From contig JACQPN010000022.1 of NCBI GenBank assembly GCA_016207515.1, positions 129,549 through 193,548 on the forward strand: DNA of 64,000 bases. Reading direction: 5' to 3'. The notes below the pieces were generated by a model. The model saw nothing but the letters and a program-made list of their open reading frames with translations. It searched no databases and had not been told where the DNA came from. This document shows, one piece after another, positions 28,100-36,407 of this stretch (positions within the stretch are counted from its first letter, which is position 1; each line of letters opens with the position of its first letter). The DNA is from Methanobacteriota archaeon (GTDB taxonomy: Archaea > Thermoplasmatota > SW-10-69-26 > JACQPN01). Position numbers and translations under genes: made by a program.

Positions 28100-28660
28100 T
28101 TGGGACCGTCCAGGCTGCGACGTCGCCACATCGTCTACAACGCGATCCTGTCAAGTCTCCTGGTCGCGTCCGCCGCCATCGCGGCCGTCACGATAACGTA
28201 CAACACGTCGAGCACCATCACGCCATCGCTCAAAGCACCGCCGATGATCTGGGCGGGAGGGCCCGACAGTTCCGGCAACAATTTCGTCGCCTCGTTCTCG
28301 TTGAGCAGCAATGCCACGTATTACACGATCACGATCAAGCCGGTGCCAGAGGCGAACGTGACGTTCAGCAACTTCACGACGCTCCGGAACCAGGCGAGCG
28401 AGGCCTACACGGTCACCGTCACCGGGACGAGCGTCTCATCGAACACCAAGATACTGGAGATGAAGATGGTCTTCCACAACTACGTGTCCGATTCGGTCGT
28501 AGCGACGCTCGATTTCCGCGCGGGTTCGCCGTCCGCTAGCCTTGGAAGCGTGTCGGCCTCCGCCTACATGTACACCGTCCTCTTCATCAAACTCGACACC
28601 GGGACGAACGCTGCCGACCTGCCATCAAGCGTAACAGTGTCCCTTACCGTAGCGCCGTGA
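28100..28660 (+). CDS. cassette-1 protein A: secreted, sequon-rich, about 165-aa mature protein (TTG start with GAGGGTG SD; ORF track start 28067)
   Basis: Sec-type signal (RRRHIVYNAILSSLLVASAAIAA); 8 NxS/T sequons; paralogue of 29833..30408 (SLKAPPMIWAGGPDSSGNNFV vs SLKAPPIIWIAGPDSSGNNFV). Confidence 0.55.
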   Translation: MGPSRLRRRHIVYNAILSSLLVASAAIAAVTITYNTSSTITPSLKAPPMIWAGGPDSSGNNFVASFSLSSNATYYTITIKPVPEANVTFSNFTTLRNQASEAYTVTVTGTSVSSNTKILEMKMVFHNYVSDSVVATLDFRAGSPSASLGSVSASAYMYTVLFIKLDTGTNAADLPSSVTVSLTVAP

Positions 28661-28665
28661 TTCGC

Positions 28666-28974
28666 ATGACGGAGATCACCGACCCAGAGTTCCTCATGAA
28701 GGCCGCCACCCTCCTTGGAGTGGCCGTGAGCGCCATCGGGGCGAATTGGCAAAGGCTCGACGGTCGCGAACAGGCGTCATGTCTTATCCTCGCCGGCGCC
28801 GGGGCCCTGCTCATGATAGGGAACGCGGAGATCGCCGCCCGACCTTATGGGCTTGCGCTCGACATCGCGTACCTGGTGGCCGCCTCCGTGCCGGTGGCCC
28901 GCCACTTGGTCTACGAAGCGCTCGAGTATGGAGGAGAGCGACGCACCGGGCCGGTGGGAAATCGAAGGCGTTAG
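28666..28974 (+). CDS. cassette-1 protein B: small 2-TM membrane protein
   Basis: MTEITDPEFLMKAATLLGVAVSAIG...; paralogue of the first 100 aa of 30417..30974. Confidence 0.45.
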   Translation: MTEITDPEFLMKAATLLGVAVSAIGANWQRLDGREQASCLILAGAGALLMIGNAEIAARPYGLALDIAYLVAASVPVARHLVYEALEYGGERRTGPVGNRRR

Positions 28975-29569
28975 AACGGCCGGTGGTGACGCCACGCGCC
29001 GCACGCCGCTGATCGTCTTTCTCGTCGTAGCAGGCTTGACGCAAGGCGTGAGCATCATCTACAACACCGGTTCCGAGAACGCCGTCTCGCTGTTCCAGCA
29101 GTCGGAGATCCCGATACAACTGGCTGCCGGTCCCCAAGGGTCGACGACCATCAATGCGAACAAGACCGGTTCGCTTTCGTCAGTCACGGGAGGGCTCGCC
29201 GCCGCATCCTTCAACACCACGTTCGTCAACGACACGTCTGCGACGGCCTACCGCATCCGTTTCACGCACGTCTCGACGTCGGGGACTTTCTCGGAGTGCG
29301 TCCAGTGTGACATACAACTACGGGCGGGAACGACCACCAGCACCCAGATCAGTTACTCGCTTGGTTCACTCGTGACGAGTCAGGGCGCATACCAGACCAT
29401 CGATGCACCCGGTGGGGCGGCATCGAGTTGGCACATCTGGGCCGTCGCAACGCGAACCGTCCTCGCGGACCAGGTCGTGACCGTGGCCTACGTGATGGAA
29501 ATAGTCCCCACGGGGGGCACGTCGCCTAGTGTCGTTTACTTCAACATGACCATGAAGTTCACCGTGTAG
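28928..29569 (+). CDS. cassette-1 protein C: secreted sequon-rich protein with an N-terminal signal anchor; overlaps the end of B by 47 nt
   Basis: TPLIVFLVVAGLTQGVSI, then an S/T/N-rich beta-type body ending MKFTV; paralogue of 30979..31566 (which ends MEFTV). Confidence 0.5.
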   Translation: MEESDAPGRWEIEGVRTAGGDATRRTPLIVFLVVAGLTQGVSIIYNTGSENAVSLFQQSEIPIQLAAGPQGSTTINANKTGSLSSVTGGLAAASFNTTFVNDTSATAYRIRFTHVSTSGTFSECVQCDIQLRAGTTTSTQISYSLGSLVTSQGAYQTIDAPGGAASSWHIWAVATRTVLADQVVTVAYVMEIVPTGGTSPSVVYFNMTMKFTV

Positions 29570-29832
29570 GGGACGTTTTCTTGGCACCGCCGCATCGGTG
29601 TCGTCAAGTCGGGCCCTTTGGGCAGAATGTGCCTTTCCGCCATGCGGCGGTTCTTGGGATTTGAACCGGTCCCAGTCGTCGTCACGGCTTAAGAAGGGGC
29701 TGTTTGGAAAGGCCGCCGTGCCATTGGCCGAAGCGCCCGTTGGACGTTTTTCACAACTTGTGGGGTTTATCTCAGCGCGACATCTCAACGTTCATCGGTG
29801 TCCGATTGACGACGAGACCTTCAGCCGCGAAC

Positions 29833-30408
29833 GTGATTGGAAAGTTTGGAATCGGGTCGACGCGGGCCGAAAGCCTTCTGCCGCTTCTTACCGTGCCCGT
29901 CGCTTTGGTCCTCGTCGCCGGGGCCGCGCTCGCAGCGATGACGGTCTCGTACGCCAACACGTCCTCGACCTCACACTCGCTCAAAGCACCCCCCATAATC
30001 TGGATCGCGGGCCCCGACAGTTCAGGAAACAACTTCGTCTCCTCATGGAGCCTTTCGAGCAACGCCACGTACTTCAGCGTCACGTTGATGCCCGTCCCGG
30101 AGGCGAATGTGACATGGGGCAACCTCACGACCATCAAGAACCAGGACACGTCGGCCTACACGGTGACGGTCACCGGGAGTAGCGTGTCCGGAAGCTCCAA
30201 GGTCCTCGACTACAGGATGGAGTTTCGCAACTACGTGACGGACGCGCTCATCGGCACGCTGAACCTGCGCGATGCCTCGCCATCGGCAAGCCTCGGCTCC
30301 ATGGCGGCGGGCGCGCAGTGGTACGTAAAGACTTACGTGAAGCTCGACACGGCGACCAACGCCGCCGATCTCCCGTCGAGCGTCACCGTCTCCATCTCCC
30401 TCGCGTAG
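29833..30408 (+). CDS. cassette-2 protein A (paralogue of 28100..28660), GTG start
   Basis: Signal LLPLLTVPVALVLVAGAALAA; mature region about 60% identical to cassette-1 A by eye. Confidence 0.5.
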   Translation: MIGKFGIGSTRAESLLPLLTVPVALVLVAGAALAAMTVSYANTSSTSHSLKAPPIIWIAGPDSSGNNFVSSWSLSSNATYFSVTLMPVPEANVTWGNLTTIKNQDTSAYTVTVTGSSVSGSSKVLDYRMEFRNYVTDALIGTLNLRDASPSASLGSMAAGAQWYVKTYVKLDTATNAADLPSSVTVSISLA

Positions 30409-30416
30409 GTGAACAC

Positions 30417-30974
30417 ATGGAAACCGTCTCGACCGAGCTGATGATGAAGGCGCTGACGCTGGTGGGCGTCGTGTCTTCGTCCGCGACCATGAGCTGGACG
30501 CCTATCCCGGTGCGTCGCCGCGCGGCGCTCCTTGCGATAGCCGGTGCGGGCGTCATCCTGATGTTCATGAACGCAGCCATCGCGGGCTCCCCGCTTGCCA
30601 TGTGGGTGGACGCCGCCTACGCGACGCTTGCGATCGGTGCCTCGGGAGCATGGTCATTTGATTCGACACGGCCCGCGGGCCGGCCCATGAACGAGGCCAA
30701 GAGCCAGGCTGCCGCGAAGGCGCCGGCCGTAGGCCTTCACGCGGCGTCTGCCCTGCTCCCGCCACCCCTGTCCACTCTTGGCATCGGTCGCATCGACTGG
30801 CATCATGCGCCGGCCTTCACGCCGCTGCCGGGAAGTCCCATTCCTGACATGCCGGGCGCCGCGGTCGCCTCGACGCCGCGCCCCGCCCGCCACAGTCCAG
30901 CCGCGCCGCCGACCGTCATGGCCCGCCGCACGCGTGGCGCCGCCACCGACCAAGAGCGCCAGGGAGCGACCTGA
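30417..30974 (+). CDS. cassette-2 protein B: small membrane protein with a Pro/Ala-rich C-terminal extension
   Basis: AGGTGA lies 4 nt upstream of the ATG; METVSTELMMKALTLVGVV... is homologous to cassette-1 B; an extra ~85 aa P/A-rich tail. Confidence 0.45.
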   Translation: METVSTELMMKALTLVGVVSSSATMSWTPIPVRRRAALLAIAGAGVILMFMNAAIAGSPLAMWVDAAYATLAIGASGAWSFDSTRPAGRPMNEAKSQAAAKAPAVGLHAASALLPPPLSTLGIGRIDWHHAPAFTPLPGSPIPDMPGAAVASTPRPARHSPAAPPTVMARRTRGAATDQERQGAT

Positions 30975-30978
30975 GACC

Positions 30979-31566
30979 GTGCGCGGATCGGGCTTCGCGG
31001 CCGTCGCCATGGCACTCATGCTCATCGGCCCCGTCGAAGCCGTCTCCAGCGTCGCAGGTACGGACAACACGATAACGCATTCGCTCCTTACGGGAAGCGG
31101 CGTGCCCGTGCAGCTTTTCGCCGGCGTGGACGGAGCCACGACCGTCGGGTCCGCAAACACTAGCGTCGTCTCGCACGTCACGGGTGGTCAACTATCCGCG
31201 AGCACGTACAACACGACCCATGTGGAGAACAAGGGGTCGCAATCGGTGCGCGTCCGCATCGCGTTCGTCTCATGGACGGGAACGACCACCGATTGCGTGA
31301 CGTGCAACATCGAACTTCGACGTTCATCCACCACTGCGAGCCAGATAGTCATTTCCAACGGCGTCGTGACACAGAGCGTCGGCTCGTGGGTCACGATCGA
31401 TGGGACCGGCGGCGCCGCGACCAAATGGTACGTCTACGCGGTCGCCCGACGCACGGTCCTCGCAGACAACGTGGTTCCCGTCGATTATTCTATCGAGATC
31501 GCCCCGTCGACATCGTTGTCGCCTTCGGTCCAGTACCACAACAACACGATGGAGTTCACGGTCTGA
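30979..31566 (+). CDS. cassette-2 protein C (paralogue of 28928..29569), GTG start 5 nt after the B stop
   Basis: Signal GFAAVAMALMLIGPVEA; shared blocks (CVTCNIELR vs CVQCDIQLR, RRTVLADNVVPV vs RTVLADQVVTV); ends MEFTV. Confidence 0.5.
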   Translation: MRGSGFAAVAMALMLIGPVEAVSSVAGTDNTITHSLLTGSGVPVQLFAGVDGATTVGSANTSVVSHVTGGQLSASTYNTTHVENKGSQSVRVRIAFVSWTGTTTDCVTCNIELRRSSTTASQIVISNGVVTQSVGSWVTIDGTGGAATKWYVYAVARRTVLADNVVPVDYSIEIAPSTSLSPSVQYHNNTMEFTV

Positions 31567-31577
31567 CGTTGGGCTTC

Positions 31578-32021
31578 CTAACCGACCGATGACGTGCAAT
31601 ATGGGCATCGCTTTGCACCCAACGGAATCGTCATGGCGCACTCGGGACAGGGTTTCGTCGTTGCCGTGCGCCCCTTCGGGCTCTCGGCGAGACGGTTGAT
31701 CGTCCGTATCATCATGAAAAGGGCCGCCGCGACTATCGTGAAGGTCATGAGGGAGTTGAGGAAAAGACCGAACCGCCAAGTGACCGCGCCGGCTGTCTTG
31801 GCAGCGTCGAGCGTCGCGTAGGGCCCCGAGGGCGCCCCCTGCCGCAAGACGACGAACAGGTTCGTGAAATCCGTCCCCCCCATGAGAAGGCCGATGACGG
31901 GCATCAGGAGGTCGTCGGTGAAAGACTTGATTATCGCCCCGAACGCAACGCCAATCACGACCCCGACGGCGAGGTCGACCACGTTCCCGCGCATGATGAA
32001 CTTCTTGAACTCTTCGATCAT
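31578..32021 (-). CDS. mscL: large-conductance mechanosensitive channel MscL with a C-terminal CxxC...CxxC zinc ribbon in place of the usual helical bundle
   Basis: MIEEFKKFIMRGNVVDLAVGVVIGVAFGAIIKSFTDDLLMPVIGLL is the MscL TM1 signature; then TM2; C-terminus CPECAMTIPLGAKRCPYC. Confidence 0.75.
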   Translation of the reverse strand: MIEEFKKFIMRGNVVDLAVGVVIGVAFGAIIKSFTDDLLMPVIGLLMGGTDFTNLFVVLRQGAPSGPYATLDAAKTAGAVTWRFGLFLNSLMTFTIVAAALFMMIRTINRLAESPKGRTATTKPCPECAMTIPLGAKRCPYCTSSVG

Positions 32022-32049
32022 GAGGGATCGTGCGGGAATCGCGACCGGC

Positions 32050-32060
32050 GTATTTATGGC
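32050..32060 (-). promoter_or_regulatory. TATA-like (minus strand CCATAAATAC) about 30 nt upstream of the mscL ATG; leaderless-type
   Basis: Seen directly. Confidence 0.35.
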
Positions 32061-32079
32061 GTTGGGGCGTGCACGAATA

Positions 32080-32112
32080 CGCGTTCCACCCGCACTGCAC
32101 AGAACTTGCACC
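32080..32112. repeat. 33-nt degenerate copy of the fdhA 3' terminus (the second copy, 32187-32219, is the genuine fdhA end)
   Basis: About 85% identical direct repeat 107 nt apart. In the fdhA-like frame the spacer copy reads CKFCAVRVERV, against EFKFCAVRVERA in fdhA. Confidence 0.5.
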
Positions 32113-32151
32113 CCGGCGACCCTGAAAAGGGTCGATCGTTCCGGCGGGGTC

Positions 32152-34953
32152 TCAGCTTCGCCTCGACCCCACCGTGTTTGGTCCTGCGCGTTCCACCCGC
32201 ACCGCACAAAACTTGAACTCAGGTATCTTCGCGTACGGGTCCAACGCATCGATTGTGAGAAGGTTCGCCGCTGCCTCCTTGAAGTGGAACGGGATGAATA
32301 CGGTCTTCTTAGGCACGCGCCGACCGACTTTCGAGCGCAACGTGACATCCCCGCGCCGCGAGGAGACCTTCACGGTCTCGCCATCCCGTATCCCGGTCAG
32401 TTCCGCATCCTCCTCGTGCATCTCGACGAACGCGTCCGGGCTAATGTCGTCGAGCACCGCGGCCCTTCGGGTCATGGTGCCGGTGTGCCAGTGCTCGAGG
32501 ACGCGCCCCGTGTTGAGGACGAACGGGAACCCTGCGTCGGGGAGCTCCTTGGCCGGCAGGAACTCGACGGCTTTGAACAGCCCCTTGCCGCGGGGCATCG
32601 TCTCGTAGATGCGCATCCCCGGTTTCGTCTCATCGCGGGCGGGCCACTGGATCGGACCCGCTTCGATGCGTTCGTAGGTTATCCCCGCGTAGTCGGGAAC
32701 GAGGCGCCGCATTTCATCGTGGATCTCCTGCGGCGAAGCGTAACGCATCTCGTAGCCCATGAGGTTCGAGATGTCCTGTATTATCATCCAATCCTGGCGC
32801 GCCTCCCCCGGGGGCTTCACGACTGCCCGGCCCAGTTGGACGTGGCGGTCGGTGTTGGCGTAGGTGCCTTCCTTTTCGAGTCCGGTCGCGGCCGGGAGGA
32901 TGACGTCCGCGTATTCGGCCGTCTCCGTCATGAAGATGTCCTGCACGGCGAGGAAATCGAGGGAGCGGATGCAATCGTCGACGTGGTTCATGTCCGGGTC
33001 GGAGAGTATGGGATTCTCGCCCATGATGTACAGGCCGCGTACGCGTCTATCCGCCGGCACGTCCGATGCAGCGGCCTTTACGATCTCGGTCACGGTCATC
33101 CCGCGTGCTGGCGCCGTCGGGACGTTCCAGGCGGCGGCGAACTTTTCGCGGACCCTCGGATCGTCGGCGCTCTGGTAGCCGGGATAGTACATGGGGATCG
33201 CCCCCATGTCGGATGCCCCTTGGACGTTGTTCTGACCTCGTAGCGGATTGAGCCCTGTTCCTTCGCGCCCGATGTTTCCTGTGAGCAGTTGAAGATTGAT
33301 AAGGCAGAAACTATTGTCGCTTCCTGTCGTGTGCTGGCTGATGCCCATCCCCCAGTAGACGGCGGCGCGTTCCGCCTGTCCGTACGCGAGCGCGGCTTCG
33401 CGAAGGAGCGCCCTCGGGACGCCCGTTATCTTTTCCACACGTTCCGCGTCGTACGGCTTCGCCGCCTCGACTAGCTCGTCGTACCCTTCAGTGTTGGAGA
33501 GCACGAACCCCGTATCGACAAGTCCCTCGTCGATGATGATCTTCATCATGCCAAGGTAGAGGGCGACGTCTGTCCCGGGGTTCTGTTGGAGATGGAATCT
33601 CGCGAAGCGGGCGAGTTCGATGCGGCGGGGATCGACCACGATGAGGGTCGTCTTGCCCCTCGCCGCCTGCTTTATCAGGTTGGCGATGACCGGGTGGTTG
33701 TCGGTCGTGTTCGACCCCGTGACGATGATGACGTCCGCCTCCTTGATGTCGTAGATGGCGTTGGTCATCGAACCAGTGCCTATCGCCGTCTGGAGCGCGT
33801 ATACGCTCGATGAGTGGCAAAGCCGCGTGCAGTGGTCGATGTGGGGTGTGCCAAGGCAGGCGCGCACCCACTTTTGGAAGATGTAATTCTCCTCGTTCGT
33901 GCATTTTGCCGACGAGAATCCAGCGAGCGAGCCGCTCCCGTGTTCGCGCTTGAGCCGTGATAGGCCGTCGGCCACCGCCTTCATCGCCTCGTCCCATGTC
34001 GCCTCCCGGAAGACATCCTCGATGCGACGGGTCCCCAGGGGACCTCGGGAAACCCCGTTCCTGCGAATCAACGGCCGTTTGAGCCGTTCCCGGTGCTCGG
34101 TGTAATCCCATCCGAAGCGTCCCTTGACGCACAGGCGCCCGTGGTTTGCGGGCCCGTCCTCCAGCCCATCGGCTCTCACGACTCTGTTGTCGAGAACGTC
34201 GTACAAAATCGCGCATCCGACGCCGCAATATGGGCAAATCGATTCAACGGTGGTCAATGCGTCCTGCCCCACAGGTTGCGGAAGCGATGCCACGCGTTTT
34301 TCGACGAGGGCGCCTGTCGGACAACGCTGTACGCATTCCCCGCAGGTGACACAGCCCGAATCGCCCATCGGGTCCGAGTAATCGAAGACGATCTCCGCGC
34401 CAAAACCGCGTCCTGCTATCCCGATGACCTCGTTCACCTGCACGTCGTCGCATGCCCGCACGCAGCGGTAACAGTTGATGCACGCTTCGGCGTTGAAGAT
34501 TATCGCGCTGTTGGAGGCGTCCTCGCTGCGAGGCCGCACGGACGATGGGAATCGCGCCTCGGCCACGCCTACCTTCGCCGCCCACTTCTCAAGCTCGCAA
34601 CCCTCCGGCATGAAATTGGCCTTGCACGGCGCATGGTCCGCCATGAGAAGCTCCAATACCATGCGGCGCGCGGCCGAAGCCTTGCCCCCGGAGGTCTTCA
34701 CTTTCATCCCGGCCTCCGCCGTCCGCGCACACGCTGGGACGAGCGCACGGCTTCCCTCGACTTCCACCATGCAAACGCGGCAAGCCCCGGCGACGGGAAG
34801 CGACGGGTGATAACATAGCGTGGGAATCTTTCGTCCGCGGCGTTCTGCGGCGAAAAGAAGGGACGAGCCCGGGGGAACGGTCACGGATTCCCCGTCCACC
34901 TCCAATGTGACGGAATCGGCTTTGTCCTCTGGCCTGTGCCGCGGCGGGCCCAC
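32152..34953 (-). CDS. fdhA: formate dehydrogenase alpha subunit (molybdopterin oxidoreductase with N-terminal 2Fe-2S/4Fe-4S ferredoxin-like domains, FdhF/FdsA type)
   Basis: 933 aa. N-terminal NuoG-like Cys clusters (CYHPSLPVAGACRVC, CINCYRCVRAC, CVTCGECVQRC). MopB core with a Cys/SeCys-position motif. C-terminal MopB barrel. Confidence 0.85.
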   Translation of the reverse strand: MGPPRHRPEDKADSVTLEVDGESVTVPPGSSLLFAAERRGRKIPTLCYHPSLPVAGACRVCMVEVEGSRALVPACARTAEAGMKVKTSGGKASAARRMVLELLMADHAPCKANFMPEGCELEKWAAKVGVAEARFPSSVRPRSEDASNSAIIFNAEACINCYRCVRACDDVQVNEVIGIAGRGFGAEIVFDYSDPMGDSGCVTCGECVQRCPTGALVEKRVASLPQPVGQDALTTVESICPYCGVGCAILYDVLDNRVVRADGLEDGPANHGRLCVKGRFGWDYTEHRERLKRPLIRRNGVSRGPLGTRRIEDVFREATWDEAMKAVADGLSRLKREHGSGSLAGFSSAKCTNEENYIFQKWVRACLGTPHIDHCTRLCHSSSVYALQTAIGTGSMTNAIYDIKEADVIIVTGSNTTDNHPVIANLIKQAARGKTTLIVVDPRRIELARFARFHLQQNPGTDVALYLGMMKIIIDEGLVDTGFVLSNTEGYDELVEAAKPYDAERVEKITGVPRALLREAALAYGQAERAAVYWGMGISQHTTGSDNSFCLINLQLLTGNIGREGTGLNPLRGQNNVQGASDMGAIPMYYPGYQSADDPRVREKFAAAWNVPTAPARGMTVTEIVKAAASDVPADRRVRGLYIMGENPILSDPDMNHVDDCIRSLDFLAVQDIFMTETAEYADVILPAATGLEKEGTYANTDRHVQLGRAVVKPPGEARQDWMIIQDISNLMGYEMRYASPQEIHDEMRRLVPDYAGITYERIEAGPIQWPARDETKPGMRIYETMPRGKGLFKAVEFLPAKELPDAGFPFVLNTGRVLEHWHTGTMTRRAAVLDDISPDAFVEMHEEDAELTGIRDGETVKVSSRRGDVTLRSKVGRRVPKKTVFIPFHFKEAAANLLTIDALDPYAKIPEFKFCAVRVERAGPNTVGSRRS

Positions 34954-35021
34954 GGTCAGGGAGAGACCGGCCGATTGAAATCATTGTCGCTTGATGGCGC
35001 CACCGCGATCTTCAGAGGCTC

Positions 35022-36341
35022 TCATGGACTCGGGCGCGCGCCAGGGATCTCAAACCCGAAAAGGGCACCCTTGCCTTCGCCGTCGCTTTGCGCCCAGACG
35101 TGCCCGCCGTGCTGTTCGATGATGCCCCGGGATATGAAGAGACCGAGGCCAGTGCCGGAACGCGCCCGACCCATGTGGTGGAGTTGGGAAAACGGTTGGA
35201 AAAGTAGGTCGAGTTTTTCAGGCGGTATCCCTGCACCGTCGTCTTTTACCCACGCGACGACGGACCTGGCTCGTCGTTCCGCGTGGAGTACGACGTGGCC
35301 GCCTCGCGGCGTGAACCTCAAGGCGTTGGAAACGAAATTGTCAAGGACCTGCGTGAGCCGTCTCGGGTCGGCGGAGATCACGAGATGCTCGGGGGCCTCG
35401 ACGTCGAGACTCACGCCGGACTTCCCCGCCGGCTCCTTGTAGAGTTCGAGGGTCTCGCGAAGCACTGTGCCGACGTCGGTCGGCTCAGCGTCGAGTCTCA
35501 AGCGCCCTGATTGCAAGCGTGACGCGTCCGACAGGTCCTCGACGAGGGACGTGAGGCGGCGGAGGTTGCGTTCGAGCACCTCCAACGAACGCCTCTGGCC
35601 GGCCGACAGCGGGCCGTAATCGCCGCCGGAGAGAAGCGCCAACTGGATGTTGATCGGAGTGAGAGGCGTGCGGAGTTCGTGGGAAGCCGTGTTCATGAAC
35701 GTGTTCTTGAGTTCCGCGAGCTCCTTGGTGCGCGCGACCATCTCCTCCGATTGTCGTGCCCTTGCCTTTTGCGCCACGATCCCGGCCCGAAGGCGATCGC
35801 CGAAACCCACAAGGAGGAGGATCCCGACTCCGGAGGCGACCGCGAAGGAGAAGATGCGGAAAGCGACGAGCGCCAGGGGGCTGGGCGTAGGGGCCAATGT
35901 GAGATTGAGGGCGACGAGGACGTTTCCGGCGATCCAACTGGCGGCGGCCACTGCATACAGGAATCGACCCGAGGCAAGGGTCAGTGCGAGACACAAGAAG
36001 ACCATCGGCACGAGGATGACGGCAGGCGAACCCGGAAGGACGATCGAGTACGCAATCGCGCCTCCAAACAGTCCGACTCCCAGGATTGTGAGCGCCGCGC
36101 CAACCCGTTCCTTATCCAAGTCTCGTCTCGCGATCACAAAGCACGCGCCGACCGCGATGGCCACCGCCGCGCCCTGGAACCATATGGGGTCTCCCGTAGA
36201 AAGACCGGCGGCCACCTCGATGATTCCAACTATGAAACCGACGAGACTGAAACCAAGGAGCGCGATTGGAAGGTTGATTCCCGACGCGAGCTTCACAACT
36301 GCCCGAGGAAGACCATGGTCTGCCGTCACCCGTTCGCTCAT
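35022..36341 (-). CDS. membrane-bound sensor histidine kinase (about 6 TM plus HisKA plus HATPase_c)
   Basis: H-box FMNTASHELRTPLTPI; N/G boxes ...GTGLGLFISRGIIEQHGGHVWAQSDGEGKGALFGFEIP; own TATA-like box (GATTTAAGGG on the minus strand) about 45 nt upstream. Confidence 0.8.
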   Translation of the reverse strand: MSERVTADHGLPRAVVKLASGINLPIALLGFSLVGFIVGIIEVAAGLSTGDPIWFQGAAVAIAVGACFVIARRDLDKERVGAALTILGVGLFGGAIAYSIVLPGSPAVILVPMVFLCLALTLASGRFLYAVAAASWIAGNVLVALNLTLAPTPSPLALVAFRIFSFAVASGVGILLLVGFGDRLRAGIVAQKARARQSEEMVARTKELAELKNTFMNTASHELRTPLTPINIQLALLSGGDYGPLSAGQRRSLEVLERNLRRLTSLVEDLSDASRLQSGRLRLDAEPTDVGTVLRETLELYKEPAGKSGVSLDVEAPEHLVISADPRRLTQVLDNFVSNALRFTPRGGHVVLHAERRARSVVAWVKDDGAGIPPEKLDLLFQPFSQLHHMGRARSGTGLGLFISRGIIEQHGGHVWAQSDGEGKGALFGFEIPGARPSP

Positions 36342-36407
36342 TTACGTGCCGGTCTTCCTTTGGCCACGACCACCTTTACATCTTGACCGAAACCCTTAAA
36401 TCTTGCT

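Larger units (their letters stand above)
28067..31566. repeat. tandem duplication of a three-gene cassette (A-B-C, about 1.6 kb per unit), diverged copies
   Basis: Pairwise protein similarity of A1/A2, B1/B2 and C1/C2 read directly from the six translated ORFs; same gene order and overlaps. Confidence 0.7.
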
